A stretch of 64,000 nt of DNA from the human T2T-CHM13v2.0 reference genome, Homo sapiens. Each line of letters begins with the position of its first letter. The stretch's first letter is position 1. Shown in pieces: positions 42,944 to 57,413 of this stretch. The stretch is taken from assembly GCF_009914755.1 (NCBI RefSeq), contig NC_060944.1, one strand, 5' to 3'. Under the pieces are notes generated by a model. That model was not told where the DNA came from, did not search any database, and saw only the letters and a program-made list of their open reading frames with translations. Both the position numbers and the translations under genes were made by a program.

Positions 42944-44514
42944 AGGCCAGGAGCAGCCTTCCCCCTTAGTCCTGGAGAACCTTGCCATAAAGCTCACCCT
43001 CTCCTGGGCTCAGTGATGCACCAATCATGGTGCTGGCCCTGTGGGCAGCAGTCCCGGGGGTGGGTACCATGGCTCAGCCAGGCTCACTTCAGCTTAGATC
43101 CCGACGCCACTGCTTCCTCACTGTGTGACAACTGATGGATACTTCGCCTCTCTGAGCACCTGAGTCATTCTGAAGACAGGAGGATGCTGCTAGCTTTTAT
43201 ACAGATGTCAGGGCTCATTCCAAAGCTCTAGAATGCTCCCTTCCCTGCACACCCTCCGTGCATGACCAGTTTCTACTGCAGATCTCGAGGTGGGCAAAAG
43301 GCAAAGAGTAAAGAAAAGGAAAGATTTAAAACAACCAGTCCTCAAATCACTCCATTAGGTAGGATTCAGGAAGCACAGGCTGGAAGACAGAAAAGTTAAG
43401 AAACAAAGCCAGCATTTCTGAAGGGCTGTCTACTACCAGGCCCCATTGTAAACCCTTGACACAAATCAACACCTGATTCTCCCCACCATTCTGCCATTAG
43501 ATGCAATTCCTGCCCCCACCTTACAGAGAAGGAAACAGAGGCTGGGAGAAGTTAAGTCACTCGCACAAAGGCACACAGGTAGAAAGTGGCAGAGCACAGC
43601 CTGATCCCAGGCAATCCGACTCCAGGCATGTGCCCCAGCCATGAGCTGCGCTGCGCCTGGGCTTCTCCTCCCTGTTCTGCTTCATGCTCCGAGCTCTGTG
43701 TGCGTTCTCTACTCACCTGTCAGCCTGGAAAAGTGGCAGCAGGCAACATGGATCACTCAGGAGGACCTCAGTGGGATGAAGTTCCGGTCCTGTGGTCAGC
43801 ATCAAGTCTCCCAAATCACTTTTCATGCTGCCGTGTGTCCAGCGTGGATGTCCACACCGGGGCTGGGTGGGCAAGCGCGTGAGAGACTCCCACTGCCCCA
43901 GCCGTCGTGTTTGTGCCTCGCTGCTGCAAGAGGGAGTGAGGAGCTGTGCTCATCATCTCTCTCTCTCTCTTTCTCTTCTTCTTCCTCTTCCTCTTCCTTT
44001 TCTTCCACATATCTGTATTGAAACATCCCAATGTGCCATTCTCAGTGCTGAGCCCTTAGGGCTTAACATGCCACACACAACTTTGCCCTCTTTGTCCTCA
44101 CAATCCAGGTTGAGGGGCAGGTATAGGAACAGCCACTCACAGCAGTACGGCAAGTAGGGGCTAGGAGACCTGGAATACTGTGGGAACAGAAAAGGGGCTC
44201 CCAACCAGCCTGCTGAAGAGTTGGGAGAAGGCTTCCTGGAGAAAGTGAGCGTGAAGCTGAAGACTGAGGCACAGGTGGGAGTTTTCCAGGCAGAGGGCAA
44301 GAAAGGGCATGTCAGGCAGAGGGAACAGCTTAGGCAAAGGCCTACAAGCAAGAAGAGTTGAGTGGGATGGTGGGGGAGTTGCTCTTGACTCCCCTCTTTC
44401 TCTTGCCCTGACACCTCCTCTTCACTGCTTCTGACTCTATCGCCTGGGCCCCCGGTCGCTGTCACTTCTCTCCTAGATGGCTGGCCTCTTCCTCTGCCCT
44501 TACCCAGCCTACTA

Positions 44515-44893
<379 letters not shown>

Positions 44894-45849
44894 TTAAAAC
44901 ACTCCAGTGGTTTTCATCTGACTTGGAAGAAGGTCCACATATTCCTCACTTGGAAGGTCTACTCTCTGCTGACCTCCTGTCCTCCCCGCTTCCTGCAGCT
45001 GCCCTGGCCTCCCTGCTGCTCCTCAAACACACCAAGCACATTCCTGCCTCGGGGACTTTGTGCTTGCTGTGCCTTCTCTGAGGAACACACTTTTCCCCAC
45101 ATTCCTTCCATCACTGCATCTGGCTTTGGGCTTAAACGTCACTTCCTAAAACAGGTCTCTTCTGCACACCCTGTGTTCTGTCCCTCTCCATCCCTCACCC
45201 ACCTCTGTCAGTCTCCACAGCATTTATCCCTCCCTGATGCAATATATTTATTGGTTTATCTGATTATTGCCTGTTTCCGCTGGTGGAATGTAAACTCTAG
45301 GGAGGTAGGAATTTTGTCTCGCCTGGCACATTGTAAGTGCTCAGTACACATTCGTTGAGTTAGTGACTAAGAGAACAACAAATGGTTCAGTGTGGCTGGA
45401 GCACAGAGTGAAAGATGGGAAATGGAGAAGAAGCCACACAGGACCCCAAGGGCCAGGTCAACATAGCACTTTATCTGAAGCACGTTTGGAGGCTGGAAAG
45501 GGTTGGCAATGGCTCTCCATGTGGACAGAGAACTCAGAGATCTGGAGGGAACTTATTCAATCATTTAATCTGGCTCATGAGCATTTCTTGGTGCTCTGGT
45601 GCTGGTGATTCAGATTCAAATCCAACAAGATTCCTATGCTCAACAAACTCACAGTCCAATAAGGGATATCTGTTGGCATAAAACACCATGGAGTGGGTGC
45701 AAAAGCAAAGCAATGCAAGATACAGAGGCAGCAGTGATGTACTCTGTCTGGGGACCCCTGAGTAGGCAAACTCTGAGGTGGGTTTTGAAGGATGAATAGG
45801 AGTTTGCCAAACAAAGTTTGGTCTCCTAATGCACCTCAAAGAGCCAATG

Positions 45850-46700
45850 TCAAGGAAATGGAGACATTGAAAACTTCATGTGTTATGGCTGGAATGTAAA
45901 AGGGTACAGTGTTATGGAAAAAAAATTTTGATGGGTTCCTCAAAATGTTAAACATAGAATTACGATATGACCCAGCAATTTCACTCCTACATATACACCC
46001 AGAATAATTGAAAATAAGGACTCAGACACTTGTACACCAATGTTTATAGCATCATTATCATCATCATCATCACCATTAATTTAGAGACAGTGTTTCACTC
46101 TATCACCCAGGCTGGAGTGTAGTAATGTGATCACAGTTCCCTGTAAGCCAGCTTATTTATTTATTTATTTATTTATTTATTTTAGGGACAGGGTCTCATT
46201 ATGTTGCCCAGGCTGGTCCCAAACTCCTGGCCCCAAGTGATCCTCCCATTTCAGCCTCCCAAAGTGCTAGGACTGCAAGTGTGATCACCATGCCCAGCCT
46301 ATACCAGCATTATTCACAATCAGCAAAAGTTAAAAACAACCTGAGTGTTCATCAACAAAAAAATAGATAAACAACATGTGGCAGATGCACATGCAACAAA
46401 TAATTATTTAGTTATATAAAGGAATGAAGTTTGGATCATGCTACAGAATGGGCAAACCTTGAAAACATTACGCTAAGCGAAATAAACCAGACACAAAAGG
46501 ACAAATACTGTACAATTCCACTTCTATGAGGTACCTAGAACAGGAAAATTCATAGAGAGAAAAAGCAGAGTAAAGTTTACCAAGAGCTAGGCGGAGGGGG
46601 AAGTGGGGAGTTATTGCTTAAATTGCACGGAGTTTCTGCTTGGGGTGATGAAAACATTCTGGTGTAGATAGTGGTAATGGATGCAACAGCATTATGAAGC
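45850..46700 (+). mobile_element. L1MB-type 3' end with an internal partial AluJ (~46083-46300, minus)
   Basis: tatgacccagcaatttcactccta ... aaccttgaaaacattacgctaagcgaaataaaccagacacaaaaggacaaata. Confidence 0.75.
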
Positions 46701-48705
46701 CACAGAACTACCCATTCCCAAAGGGCAAAACTTCACCTTCTCTCCTATTTTGCCTCAGCTGGCAGCACAACTTCCACACTCTGAGCTGATAGTTGTTGTC
46801 CGTCTACTTGATGCCCATCACTCTGCTAGTTCGTCTCTATGTATTATTATCCCATTTAATCCTCACAGCAAATCAACAAGGTAGGTGCTATTTTTGCCTT
46901 CATCTGCCAGAGGAAGAAACTGAACTCAGAGAGGTGGCCACTTGCCTGAGGTCATACAGCTCATAAATGGAATAGACCCCAAGTTCCTCTGACTGTAAAG
47001 ACCATGCTTTGCACTACTACCTCACAGAGGCAAGCTGAAACCCAAAAGCAGCAAATGCATACATGCTATTATCCACTGAGAGTCACCCTGTGCCAGGCAG
47101 AATGCTAAGAACAGGGATACATGATCTTTAGTAACTTCTCAGCAGCCCAGTTAGGCAGGCACTGTAAGTTCTACTTTGCAGATGAAGAAACAGACACTGA
47201 GAGGTGAAATGACTTCCTAAGTAGCGCAGCAGGACACGGACAGAGTCAGGACTCACATCAAGATCTGTATAGCTCCAAAGTCTGTGCCCCTTTCTGCTTT
47301 GTCACATCCACCCATGATGCTCCTCTGTCCTTCCTAGACTTCTGGGACCAAGACCTGAACAAGAATTTGACCAGCACATGGTAAGGAGGGACACCTGTTT
47401 ACTGAGTACCTACTATGTTCTGGGTCCGGACTACAGGCTTCACATTTATGACCACGTGTCTGGAACATGTGCCTGACCTCTGCTGCCAGTCGAACAAGAG
47501 GTCAGTGGCAGGATTGGATGCCTGGTCTAGACTTCACTGGGTAATAATGTGAACTGTTTTTAGCCCCCTGCACAAAAGAGAAAAACCTTACATCTCACAT
47601 CACTAAAATCTAATCACAGCCTCCACTCATCAAGTCTCTGCTAGGTGCCAGGCACATCTCCTAAACTGTCTCATTTAACCCTCACAACAACTCTAGGAGG
47701 TAAATATCATTAGCTCCACTTTGCGGATGAGGAAACCGAGCTGAGGGCTCAATCACCTGTCTGAGGTTACACAGAATGTGATACAGCTAGGTTATAAACC
47801 TCGGTCTGTCTGCCTCAAAAGCCAGGGCTCTTTTCACTCATCAAGCTACCTCTCAAAAGCCACCATCTCCTAATTCCTCAGCAGCAGCCTGGGCATCAGC
47901 AAGAGGACAGACCTGCCCGGAGATTCTGGGTATTTGATCTGAAATGAGACCCTTCATTTAAGACCTGCTCCTCATCATCCCATGAGCCCCATAATATACA
48001 TCATTCCTAATAATAGCTCTTTATGCCAGGTGAGTTTCTTTTTGCCAAAGGAGGAGATTAAACTGATTTTTTCTCAGTCATAAATCTTACAGTTTCTCCT
48101 AAATCCTATTGAGCTGACAAATTGTGGCCTTTTCTGTATTCATTCCACAAGACACCTGGAGTATGTATTATAGGCCAGGTTCTCTACTAAACACTGAGCT
48201 GCATGGCTAAGATGACCCAGTTCCTGCCCTCTGGGGATCACAAGCTGGCAGGGATGATAGGAAGTAAACAGTACTTTCAGTGATTTCAGCACCACCTGGA
48301 CGGGGCTGAGATAGAGGTGTGGATATACAGAAGTACCCAAGCCAGTCTGTTCAATATGGGAAGTCATCCTGGAGCTAGAGACCAAGGCTGGGTTTTGAAG
48401 GATGAGTAGGAGAGCTCCATGGTGACCAGAAAGAGTTCTGTGCAGCTGAAAGAAATCATCCAGGCTTTTTAAAGCAAAAGTTGATTTAACACAGGGGATA
48501 AGGAACTCTAAAAGGTGCTAGCGGAGGGAAGGCGCTGGAGGAGTCAACAGGGCCTCTGTAAATGACTCCCAGAATACTACCTGACCAACCAGCCATGCAA
48601 TCAGAAAGCCAGGCAAATGGGAGACCACCCCTGCAAATAGTGAGTTCAAGAACTTACTGTCACACTTGGGTCCAGGGATCTGGAAGCTGGGACTGGGGAG
48701 CCACC

Positions 48706-48715
48706 ATGACGTCAT
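48706..48715. promoter_or_regulatory. Perfect palindromic CRE (ATGACGTCAT)
   Basis: Motif visible; function untested. Confidence 0.45.
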
Positions 48716-51677
48716 CACAACTGCCTCTCAACACCCATGGAGGTGGCCACCAGACTCTGAGATGCTGCTGCAAAAACCCCCATGCCATCATGATGGCTCC
48801 TGCTGGAGGAAAGAGCCACAGCAGCAGAGAGACGGCCTCTGTTTCAATTCCAGAGTCAAAATCTCACACAGCCTAGATAATTGACAGAACATAATTGACA
48901 TCGAGAACTTTAGCCGCAAGGGAGGCTGGGGAAAATAGTTTTCAACTCCTATCTCTGCAATATGGGAAAGTGTACCAAGGAGAAGAGGGGGAGTGGATGG
49001 GAATGGGGGCTGAGGCCCAAGCACGCGTATCCCCCACAACTGGGAAGGAAAGGAGTGAGTGCCCTAGGCCAGGTGGACACATATCTTGAATTTTCTCTTC
49101 TGCCTCCACCCAGAGGCCCTTTTTCAGGTCAACACTCCACAGGTGATATAAGGACCACCCACAAAGACCCCTTCCCTGTGGCCCTGTCAGAGTGGGGGAC
49201 CAGTGAATCCAGATTCTCACTTCTGTGATGAGGAAATGGAGGTGCAGAGGGAAGACTATTGTCTTAAGGCCACACAACTCCATGGACAAGTGGGGCCTAG
49301 AACCTTGTTCTCCCCTTTGTGTTGTGCCTGCTCTGCCATCCTCTTCTTCACATTCTGGGTCTGGGGCCTGGCTGGAGATGGGGGTGATGGCTGGTGTAGG
49401 TGAAGAATTGCAGTCTGGAGAGGGGAAAAAAACTCAGCCTCTGGTATCAATTATGCCTGAGTTCTCCTCTGGGCTCCACTCCTGCTAACTGTGTGACTCT
49501 GGGCAAGTTACTCAACCTCTCTGAGCTCCAGTTGCCTCCTCGGTGAAACGGACATGGAGAAAAGCACAGAGTTGTCATGAGAATGGCAGATACTAAATAT
49601 AATGAAGATTACAGTAGGTATTCTTGAAATGGGAGCTGATGGGACTGGTTCCACAATACTATTGTTAATTATAAACTGCCATTACTATTAATAGTAGCCG
49701 ATCCTCCCCAAATTGAAGATGAAAACTTTTTAAAGGTTTTCTATGTGGTTTAACCTCACTGCTTTTTCTTCTCCTACCTCAGTAGCAGCATAAAAAGACC
49801 TGCACTTTAACTGCTTCCATTATTCTAGCCTGCCTGCATTTGCCAATTTCTAACTAAACATCTAGGATTCCTCCCCTCATCTCACCCAGAGACCCACAAG
49901 TACCCACAGAACAATATACACAGATTCACACCAAACAAACACTCATACATACACCTGGTTTTGAACGGACACACATATGCATGGTCAAATACACAGACCC
50001 TCACTAGTACTCAGATTCACACACAAACTTATAGAAGCACTACCTCACCCAAATACATATAGACACACACACAGAGAAACAACAGCAGCACTCATGCAAA
50101 CACATCCTTCAACACGCACACTCCACACCCTCCCAGTTTTGTGACACACTCAGGAATATTAAAAGTTGCAGAGAATAGAAGTAGCTCGGAGCCTTGCTCC
50201 TGAGTTCTCTTTAAACAACTGGTCAGTGACAACTCAGGACTCCTTGGAGCCCTTGCTGAAGGGCCTTTATCAGCCTAAAGCTGAGCCTTCAGCCTGGGTC
50301 CCATCTCAGATAAGATCATTAATTTTCCATTGCAGCTTCTCTCTCTCTCTCTCTCTCTCTCTGAGTCATCTTTACAAGCCCCTGAAACAATGGTATTTAA
50401 GGAGGGAGCTTTCTCAACACCTGAAATCCCTACAGAAAGGTTGAGCTTCCTTGGTAAAGCATTTACCTGCTGGGGGAGGGTGCATGGAGTGACATGGTTT
50501 TCACATTTGAGAAAGGTAAGTGGGAGGGAATATCAGACAACTACAGAGTGCAGATTATCATTTAAATAAAATCCCCATGGGGCTCGCTGGCAGCATTAAA
50601 ATTGCTCCTGCCTCTGTGGTGCTGTCACAGAACAGCCTCTCTCCTTTATTCTGCTTTACCATAGAAAGAGGCAGTGTGGTGCAGTGGAAATACCCCAGGG
50701 CTGAATCCTAGGATTCAAGTCTGATCCATCATCTCTGGGCTGTGTATAACTAACTAGGCAATTCACTTACCTCTCTGAGTAATGATGTTTTTATCAATAG
50801 AATACAGTGATTAGGAGCAATGAAGGGCTCCAGAGCCAGACTGCCTGGCTGGGCCCTGGACTAGCTGTGTGATCTTTGGCAAGTTGCTTAATCTCTCTGG
50901 GCTTCAATTTTCTTATCAGTGAAGTGGAGTAATAACTTCACTTTCCTCATAGGGTTGTTGCAAGTATGATATTAATACATGTAAATGCTTATCACAGTGC
51001 CTACTATATACTCAATGATCAATACATGATAGCAGGTGCAGCAGTAACTGTCATTTTGTGTTTCTCATATTCCAGACACCCTGCTTTGTCCTCCTCAAGA
51101 CCTACAGGATCTCGTCTTCATGTCCCCTATTGTCTAATCTACTCCACTCATACTGGCTCCCTTTCTGGTCCTTGGATATGCCATCTTGTTCCCACCTCAG
51201 GGTGTTTGCTCTTGTTGTTGCTTCTAGTCGGAATGCTGCCCTCCCCTAATATTTTCATGTTTTATTATCTCAATTCATTCACATCTGTGCTCAAATGAAA
51301 CCTCCTCAAAGAGGCCTCCAATGATCACCTTATCTAAAAGAGAACCTTATCTATCATCATCTATCCTCTTGCTTGGAATTATGCTACACATTTGTGTACT
51401 TGTTTATTCTTTTTCTCATCCACTAGAATGTAAGTTTCAGGAAGCCAGAAATCTTGTCTTTCTTGTACTTGACTGTATATCTATAACTCCTATAACAGTT
51501 CCAGGCCATGGAAGCACTCAACAAATATTTATAGAATGCATGAATAAGTAAAAATATTATCACATTAAATATGGGTCAAAATGAAACACTCACTCAGCTT
51601 CAGCCTGTTAATCCCAGACAGATCTCTTTTGGGCTACTATATACCACATATATGACTCTGCCATATACATCTGAGTA

Positions 51678-51714
51678 TCTGAGTCAGAACTTCCACAGCC
51701 AGTTCTGACTCAGA
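51678..51714. promoter_or_regulatory. 14-bp perfect inverted repeat carrying two consensus AP-1 sites
   Basis: TCTGAGTCAGAACT-N9-AGTTCTGACTCAGA. Confidence 0.6.
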
Positions 51715-52139
51715 GCTGCCTACATTCTTGGGTGACAGACATGGATGAAAGCAGCTGGAGAAGGCATCGATGACTGCTGCCTTTTCCTTGCCCAGGAAGA
51801 GTCTAGAGAAAGAATCCACCACTTTTGCAGAACACTTTAAAATAGGGCTTTATGGGGCTGTGGACTCCCAGTACCCCTTCTCCCCCACCCACCCCCATTG
51901 TAGACATGATCATCCTGCATCACCTATCTGCCCAGTGTTTCCAGCTAGCAAGAAATGCCAAGTGGGGACATCTGGAAAAAGGAATATTAGCTTTGGATTC
52001 CAAGAGATGGCAAAATGAAGATGTCACTAATAGTCAGTGAAAAGCTGGCTCATTCTTCCTCTCTTTATTCACTTCCCCTGGGCTCCATTTTCTGCCTCAG
52101 CACCTGCGCCGCCTCATGCTCGGTAGCAGGAATTTGCTT

Positions 52140-52160
52140 TTCAGCACCACGGACAGCGAT
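52140..52160 (+). promoter_or_regulatory. REST/NRSF RE1 silencer element
   Basis: TTCAGCACCACGGACAGCGAT, 19/21 match to TTCAGCACCACGGACAGCGCC; ~12 kb upstream of the PDYN TSS. Confidence 0.9.
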
Positions 52161-53014
52161 TGGCTGGCAGCCGGGGAGGCGAGGAAGCCAGAACGTGGGA
52201 CATTCATGCAACCAAACAAATATTTACTGAGCACATCCTGGGGGCAGGCATACTGAAGAATACAGAGATTTATGTGGTCTTGACCTTTAAATCACTTAAT
52301 CTCTTCGAGTCATCAATATTCCTAAACTGATACAGCTGGGGCAAGGCCCCGAGCCTCCTGATACTTGGAAAGTGTGGAGAATCAAAGGGAAAATGTTTCC
52401 CTTCTCAACAGTTGTTAAATTTATGCTGTGTATTTGCATATGTTATCTAATACTCTCATTAGACTGTCACCCTAAAAACAAACAAAAAAGCAGAAAACAG
52501 GTACTGCAATGTTGTATTCACCATTATACCGCAAGTACCCAGCACGGTGCCTGGCCCATAGTAGACACTCAATAGGTTTTTAATAAATGTGTGGATGAAT
52601 GAATCCTCACAAAATCCTATTTTACCCATTTTTATTTTACCCCTATTTCATAGATGAGAAAACTGGGTCTCTGAGAACTCCCTTCTCGTGACAGCTATTA
52701 AGCGGCAGAGCTTAGGTTTGAATCCAGGACCTCCTAATTTCATGCTGTGCTGTCAAGCAGAGCCACTTAACTATGCGCTGGGCACTCTCGGAGCCTAGAA
52801 AAGGTGCCAGCTTGGGAGAGGCTGATTCTAACAATAGCACTGACTCACTATTCAACCTTGAGGGAATCATGTTTTTCTTTCTGGCCTCAACTTTGCCATA
52901 TGTAAAATGGAAAAGGAGATTGTGTGGCTAATGGGTCCCCTCCCCACCCCACAAATGGCTTATAAGGGGCTCCCCGGAAGGCTTGGATCATGCGTTTGTT
53001 GCAGCTGGACCACG

Positions 53015-53033
53015 CGACCAGCAGGGGGCGCTA
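53015..53033 (+). promoter_or_regulatory. CTCF core motif with a possible upstream TGCAG module
   Basis: CGACCAGCAGGGGGCGCTA; TGCAG at 53000-53004. Confidence 0.85.
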
Positions 53034-53070
53034 TAAAATGAATTAAAACATCCTTCCCTTGCCTCCGCAG

Positions 53071-53660
53071 GGCGTCAAATGAGAAGCGTATTGATATCCC
53101 AGCAGACCTCAATATCCTTTTTCATCTTCCCGCTATAACCAGAATATGTGCGCAAGCAGTGCAGGAGCTCTTCTTTTTAGAGTGCAAAAAATGAACTTCA
53201 ACCCCTCTCGAGAAGTGAGTAAAGAGGCAGCCCTAGGACACAGAGACAGTGCAGTGAGGCTGCCGTGACTTATCGCCCAGGAACCCACTGATTGAGTAAC
53301 TTTGGACAAAGCCTCGAGCAAAGATAACTGTTTAAGTGGCTGCGGCAGCGGAAAAATCAGTTTGGCTGATTGATGTCCTGGGTTTCTTGTTAGTGGGTGG
53401 CTTCCAGCCATGGCTCTGCCTCAGCTCCCAGAATTACTCCAATAAGTGATTTGCTCATCCCTAACTCTTCTGAGGGGGTGGGGAGAGGGAGCTGAATCAG
53501 CCTTCTCACAACCCTGACTGGGATTTAATAGGGGACTAGTGGGCATTGGTGCACTGGGGGCAATGTGGGGAGAGGAGCAGATTTGTCAGGCTTGGCAAAA
53601 ATATCTGGCTCCTGCCTGTGGGTGTGGAGGGGAAAATAAAGTCAGAAAAGAAGCGATTGC
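53071..53660 (+). ncRNA. PDYN-AS1: Probable terminal exon of the antisense lncRNA
   Basis: Strong acceptor tccttcccttgcctccgcag|G at 53070/53071; AATAAA at 53635-53640; no ORF; matches recalled annotation. Confidence 0.6.
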
Positions 53661-54004
53661 AGAGTGAATGTCTTTCAATTATTTGAAAAGAATGCAAATC
53701 AAATGTGTCACGAAGGCTGTTTCTGTAATCAAATCCTAGTCATTGAAATCTAGATTGACCAAAGTGGGTCTCCAGATTGAAGAGCAGTAACGGGGGAGCT
53801 TGGGAGATTTTTGTCAGGGAGCCCTACTCAGTGTAGGAGTCACCCGGGATCATCAGAAGGGAGCAGGCTCTGCAATTAACCAGACCTTGATTCAATCGTG
53901 GCTCTACTATTGACTGTCTGCAAGGCCTGGATCTAGTTGCTTAATCTTTCTGAAACTCAGCTTCTTCATTTGTAAGATGGGAGAATACTAATAATATATC
54001 TACT

Positions 54005-54481
54005 CTTTCAGCTCTCTATTCTTGCATATTAAACCACATTAACACTTCGTGGGATAACAAAGCAATCATTCGATTATGCTCACAGAGTCTTAGATCAGAA
54101 ATTTAGACAGGATATAACAGGTATGGCTGTGTCTGCTGCATGATGTCTGGGGTCTCAGACTGGAAAACTCAAATAGGTGGGGGTTGGAATAACCTGAGAC
54201 TTTTTCACATGGTCCCAGGCAGTGTTGCCTCAAAGGCTGGGTTCAGCTACAATGCCTTACCTTGGCCTCTCCAGCAGGATTCTAAAAGCTAGTGTTCCAG
54301 TGAACAGGCAGAAGTTGCATGACCTTTTATGACCTAGCTTTGCAAGTCACATAGTGTCACTTCCTTCGCACTCTGTTGGTCAAAACCATCACAAGGCCAC
54401 TCAGATTGAGAGGAGGGGACATAGACCCCATCTCTAAGTGGAAGGAGTGTCAATTTACAGCCAAGTTTGAAAACTACCACA
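54005..54481 (-). mobile_element. MLT1-family MaLR LTR
   Basis: gcaagtcacatagtgtcacttcc...gaggggacatagaccccatctct...aaactaccaca. Confidence 0.7.
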
Positions 54482-55439
54482 CCTACCATGCATGGGTATT
54501 ATTATAATTAAATGCCAGCAGCTACTCCTGTTCCCTCAGAGGATCAAACAGTTCTTGGTGAGAGCTTTTCATCATTCTTAGATAAAATCTATAAATTCTT
54601 ACCATGGCCTATAAGGCCTGGCATGGTCTGGGCCCGATTTCTTCTCTAGCTTCTTTCTGCCCATCTCATCTCTCAAATGCTTTGCCATTTGCCTTCCTTC
54701 AGCAACTAAAAGGCATCATGCTCCTTCCCAACTGCCAAGTCCCTTTGCTCTGCTGCTACCTCTGCCTGGAACACTCCTTGCGCATTTCATAGCCTGGCAA
54801 AAATTATGTATACCTAGGCCACTGCTTCAGGGAAATCCTTTCCAATTCTCCAGACCTATGTCAGGACCCCCCTTACATGCTGTTAGAGAACCCAATACTT
54901 TTACATCATAGCACTAACCACAATCACTATGTAATTATTTAACTAACAGCCCTCCTTTGCTCCATGCTCAACCTGACCACCATCATGTCGACTAACAGAC
55001 AGGGACCCCTGTCTGTCTTGTGTTTTCAGCACTTAGCACAGAGTAGGTGCTCATTAAATATTTGCTGAATAAAGAGTGAACGGATGATTAGGCCACCAAG
55101 GCTTTATGTTTGGGCTGGAATCACATTTGCTAATAGTAATTAGCTCACATTGATCAGATACCTGGTTGGCTTTGATGTCATCATAGGGCTTACTGGTATT
55201 CCAGGGAGAAGTTTTTGGTATTGAAATGAGGCCTCCTGGGGTATCCTTTTGAGGGCTGTTCTTCTGGAGAGGCCACAATAGCTCCCATCTCAGCTGTTAC
55301 ACTCAGTACTCCCTGCGACAGCAGAGAATGTAGAAGATGTCTATCTGAACCCTGTAAGGTGCAGTAAGAATTTTGGTGTACTAATTCATCTGAGCCCAGC
55401 TTCTTTTCATCCAAGTGGTGCCAACAACACCAAAAGCAT

Positions 55440-56395
55440 TAAATAAATAATTAAACCATAGAATTGTACACGCTCAACACACTCTGTGTGCTAGGCACTG
55501 TGCCAGGCAGTAAAAATACTGTGAGAATGAGGGCAGACATATTCCCTGTTCTCCTGGGCCTTAGAGTCAAATGGGGAGAAAGATTCAAAGCACATAACTG
55601 GAGAACAGTAAAAGTTACATAATACAGGCATCCCAAGGACCTGTGAGAAGAGAGGGATGGCAACAATCCTACCTATGATAGGCTGGGGGGTAGTTAAGGA
55701 GGGCTTTATTGAGAAGGTGATATCCAAACAAAGATCTTAAGAATGTATAGGCAGTATTAGAGAAGGTGACAAAAAGGAGCTCCAAGAATGGGAATAGCGA
55801 AAAGCATTGAAGGAGAAAAATAGCATGGCTTTGTCAATGAAGTGCAGAAAGTGAGTGAGAAAGAGAGGCACAAGATGAGGCTACAGAGCAGGCAGAAGCC
55901 CTAGAATTAAGGACAAACTCTTGGCCTTGTTAGGGAGCCTGTATTTTATCCTGAGAGCTATGGGAAGGCACTGAAGCATTTTGAGCATGGAGGTGATAGG
56001 CTTCAATGTGGAGAACAGGTTATACGGGAAGACACTAGAAGCTGGAAACCAGCTGGAAGGCTGATCATTGTCCACACAGGAGGTAATGGTGGCCTGTACT
56101 TGAGAGGCATGGTGGAATAGGAAGAAATTGACATGTTCCAGGGATGCTTGGGAAGAATAATAATGATTCATTTTAAATTGAGGAATAGAGGAGAGAGAAG
56201 AGTCAAGGAGACCTCCAGAGTTCTGTCTTGAGCACCTGGATGGAAGAGGAGTCAGAGTCTCAAGAATAAAAACAGGTTTTGGCAGGGGAAGGTGATGCAC
56301 TCACCTTTTCATGTATTGGGCTGGAGGTGCCTATGAACACCCATGTGGAAATGTTATGCTGGACCTGGAATATCCTGGTCCTGGAATTCCCTAAG
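55440..56395 (-). mobile_element. L2 LINE fragment
   Basis: ctgtgtgctaggcactgtg...ttttatcctgagagctatgggaaggcactgaagcattttgagca motifs. Confidence 0.6.
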
Positions 56396-57365
56396 GATCT
56401 GGCTTTATTTAGGGAGCAGCCAGAGTTATGAGGAGAGGGTTTCATTTTGGCCAAGAGCCTTCTTAAAACTCAAAACCTGACCAAATCTTCTGAGTTCTCA
56501 AATCCAATCAGCTTCCACCAGGATCAGCTCAAGATGCAGACAATCTCCTGGCATGTGTCTGCCCTGTGGTATAAGAGAACAAAGTATAAAGAATCAGACA
56601 CTAAGGGCTCTCATTAGAACTGGGAACTGAGTTCTCTCCCAGTAGATGCATTTAGGCACGAGCTTTAGAGAGCTGTTGTACAGGAGACTCAAGTACGGGA
56701 TAAGGAATCAGAGCAGGCGACCTTTAAATATCCTTAGAGCCTTGACCTCTACTTATTGTAATTCTGTATCTGCCACTTAAAAAAAAAAAACTAAAAAACT
56801 AAGTAGCTCATTACCTCACTTGCCTCATCTGCAGAAGAGGGTGTAGAGTATGATTTCAAAGGACTCTTCTAGTGTGGTAACTACAACTGTTTTGTCAACA
56901 GCCTCATGTTGATAGATCCCAAGGGCCCTTCTCAGTTCTTATCTTGACTGATCCCCTACAAGTATTCTACGCTGTTAATTACTCTCTTGACTCACTCTCT
57001 TTCTGGGGCTTTCATGACAAAGAACTCGCCTGTGTCTCTAAGCACTCCTCTCATTCTCTTCCACAGGCTCCTCTTCCTACCTATCTTTTAAAACAGGCTT
57101 CTCTTTTCTTCTCTCTCGACACATTCTTATTCCACAATCTCATTCACCACCATGGCTGCCATGCTCACGAGAGGCGTACATATTACTCAGAACTCTTTTA
57201 CGAGACCTGATCTCACCTAGTTTAGGAAATAAAAAAAGTATTGGCACAAGTGATTGAGAAGTCTGGAGACCAAGCACAGATTGACCATGGGCTCAAACAA
57301 TATCCCCTAGACTGGCTAGGGATTCTCAGCATCCTCAGCTCTGGATGCTCACCTGCTGATGTATG

Positions 57366-57370
<5 letters not shown>

Positions 57371-57410
<40 letters not shown>
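57371..57410. repeat. (CT)20 microsatellite
   Basis: Directly visible. Confidence 0.95.
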
Positions 57411-57413
<3 letters not shown>

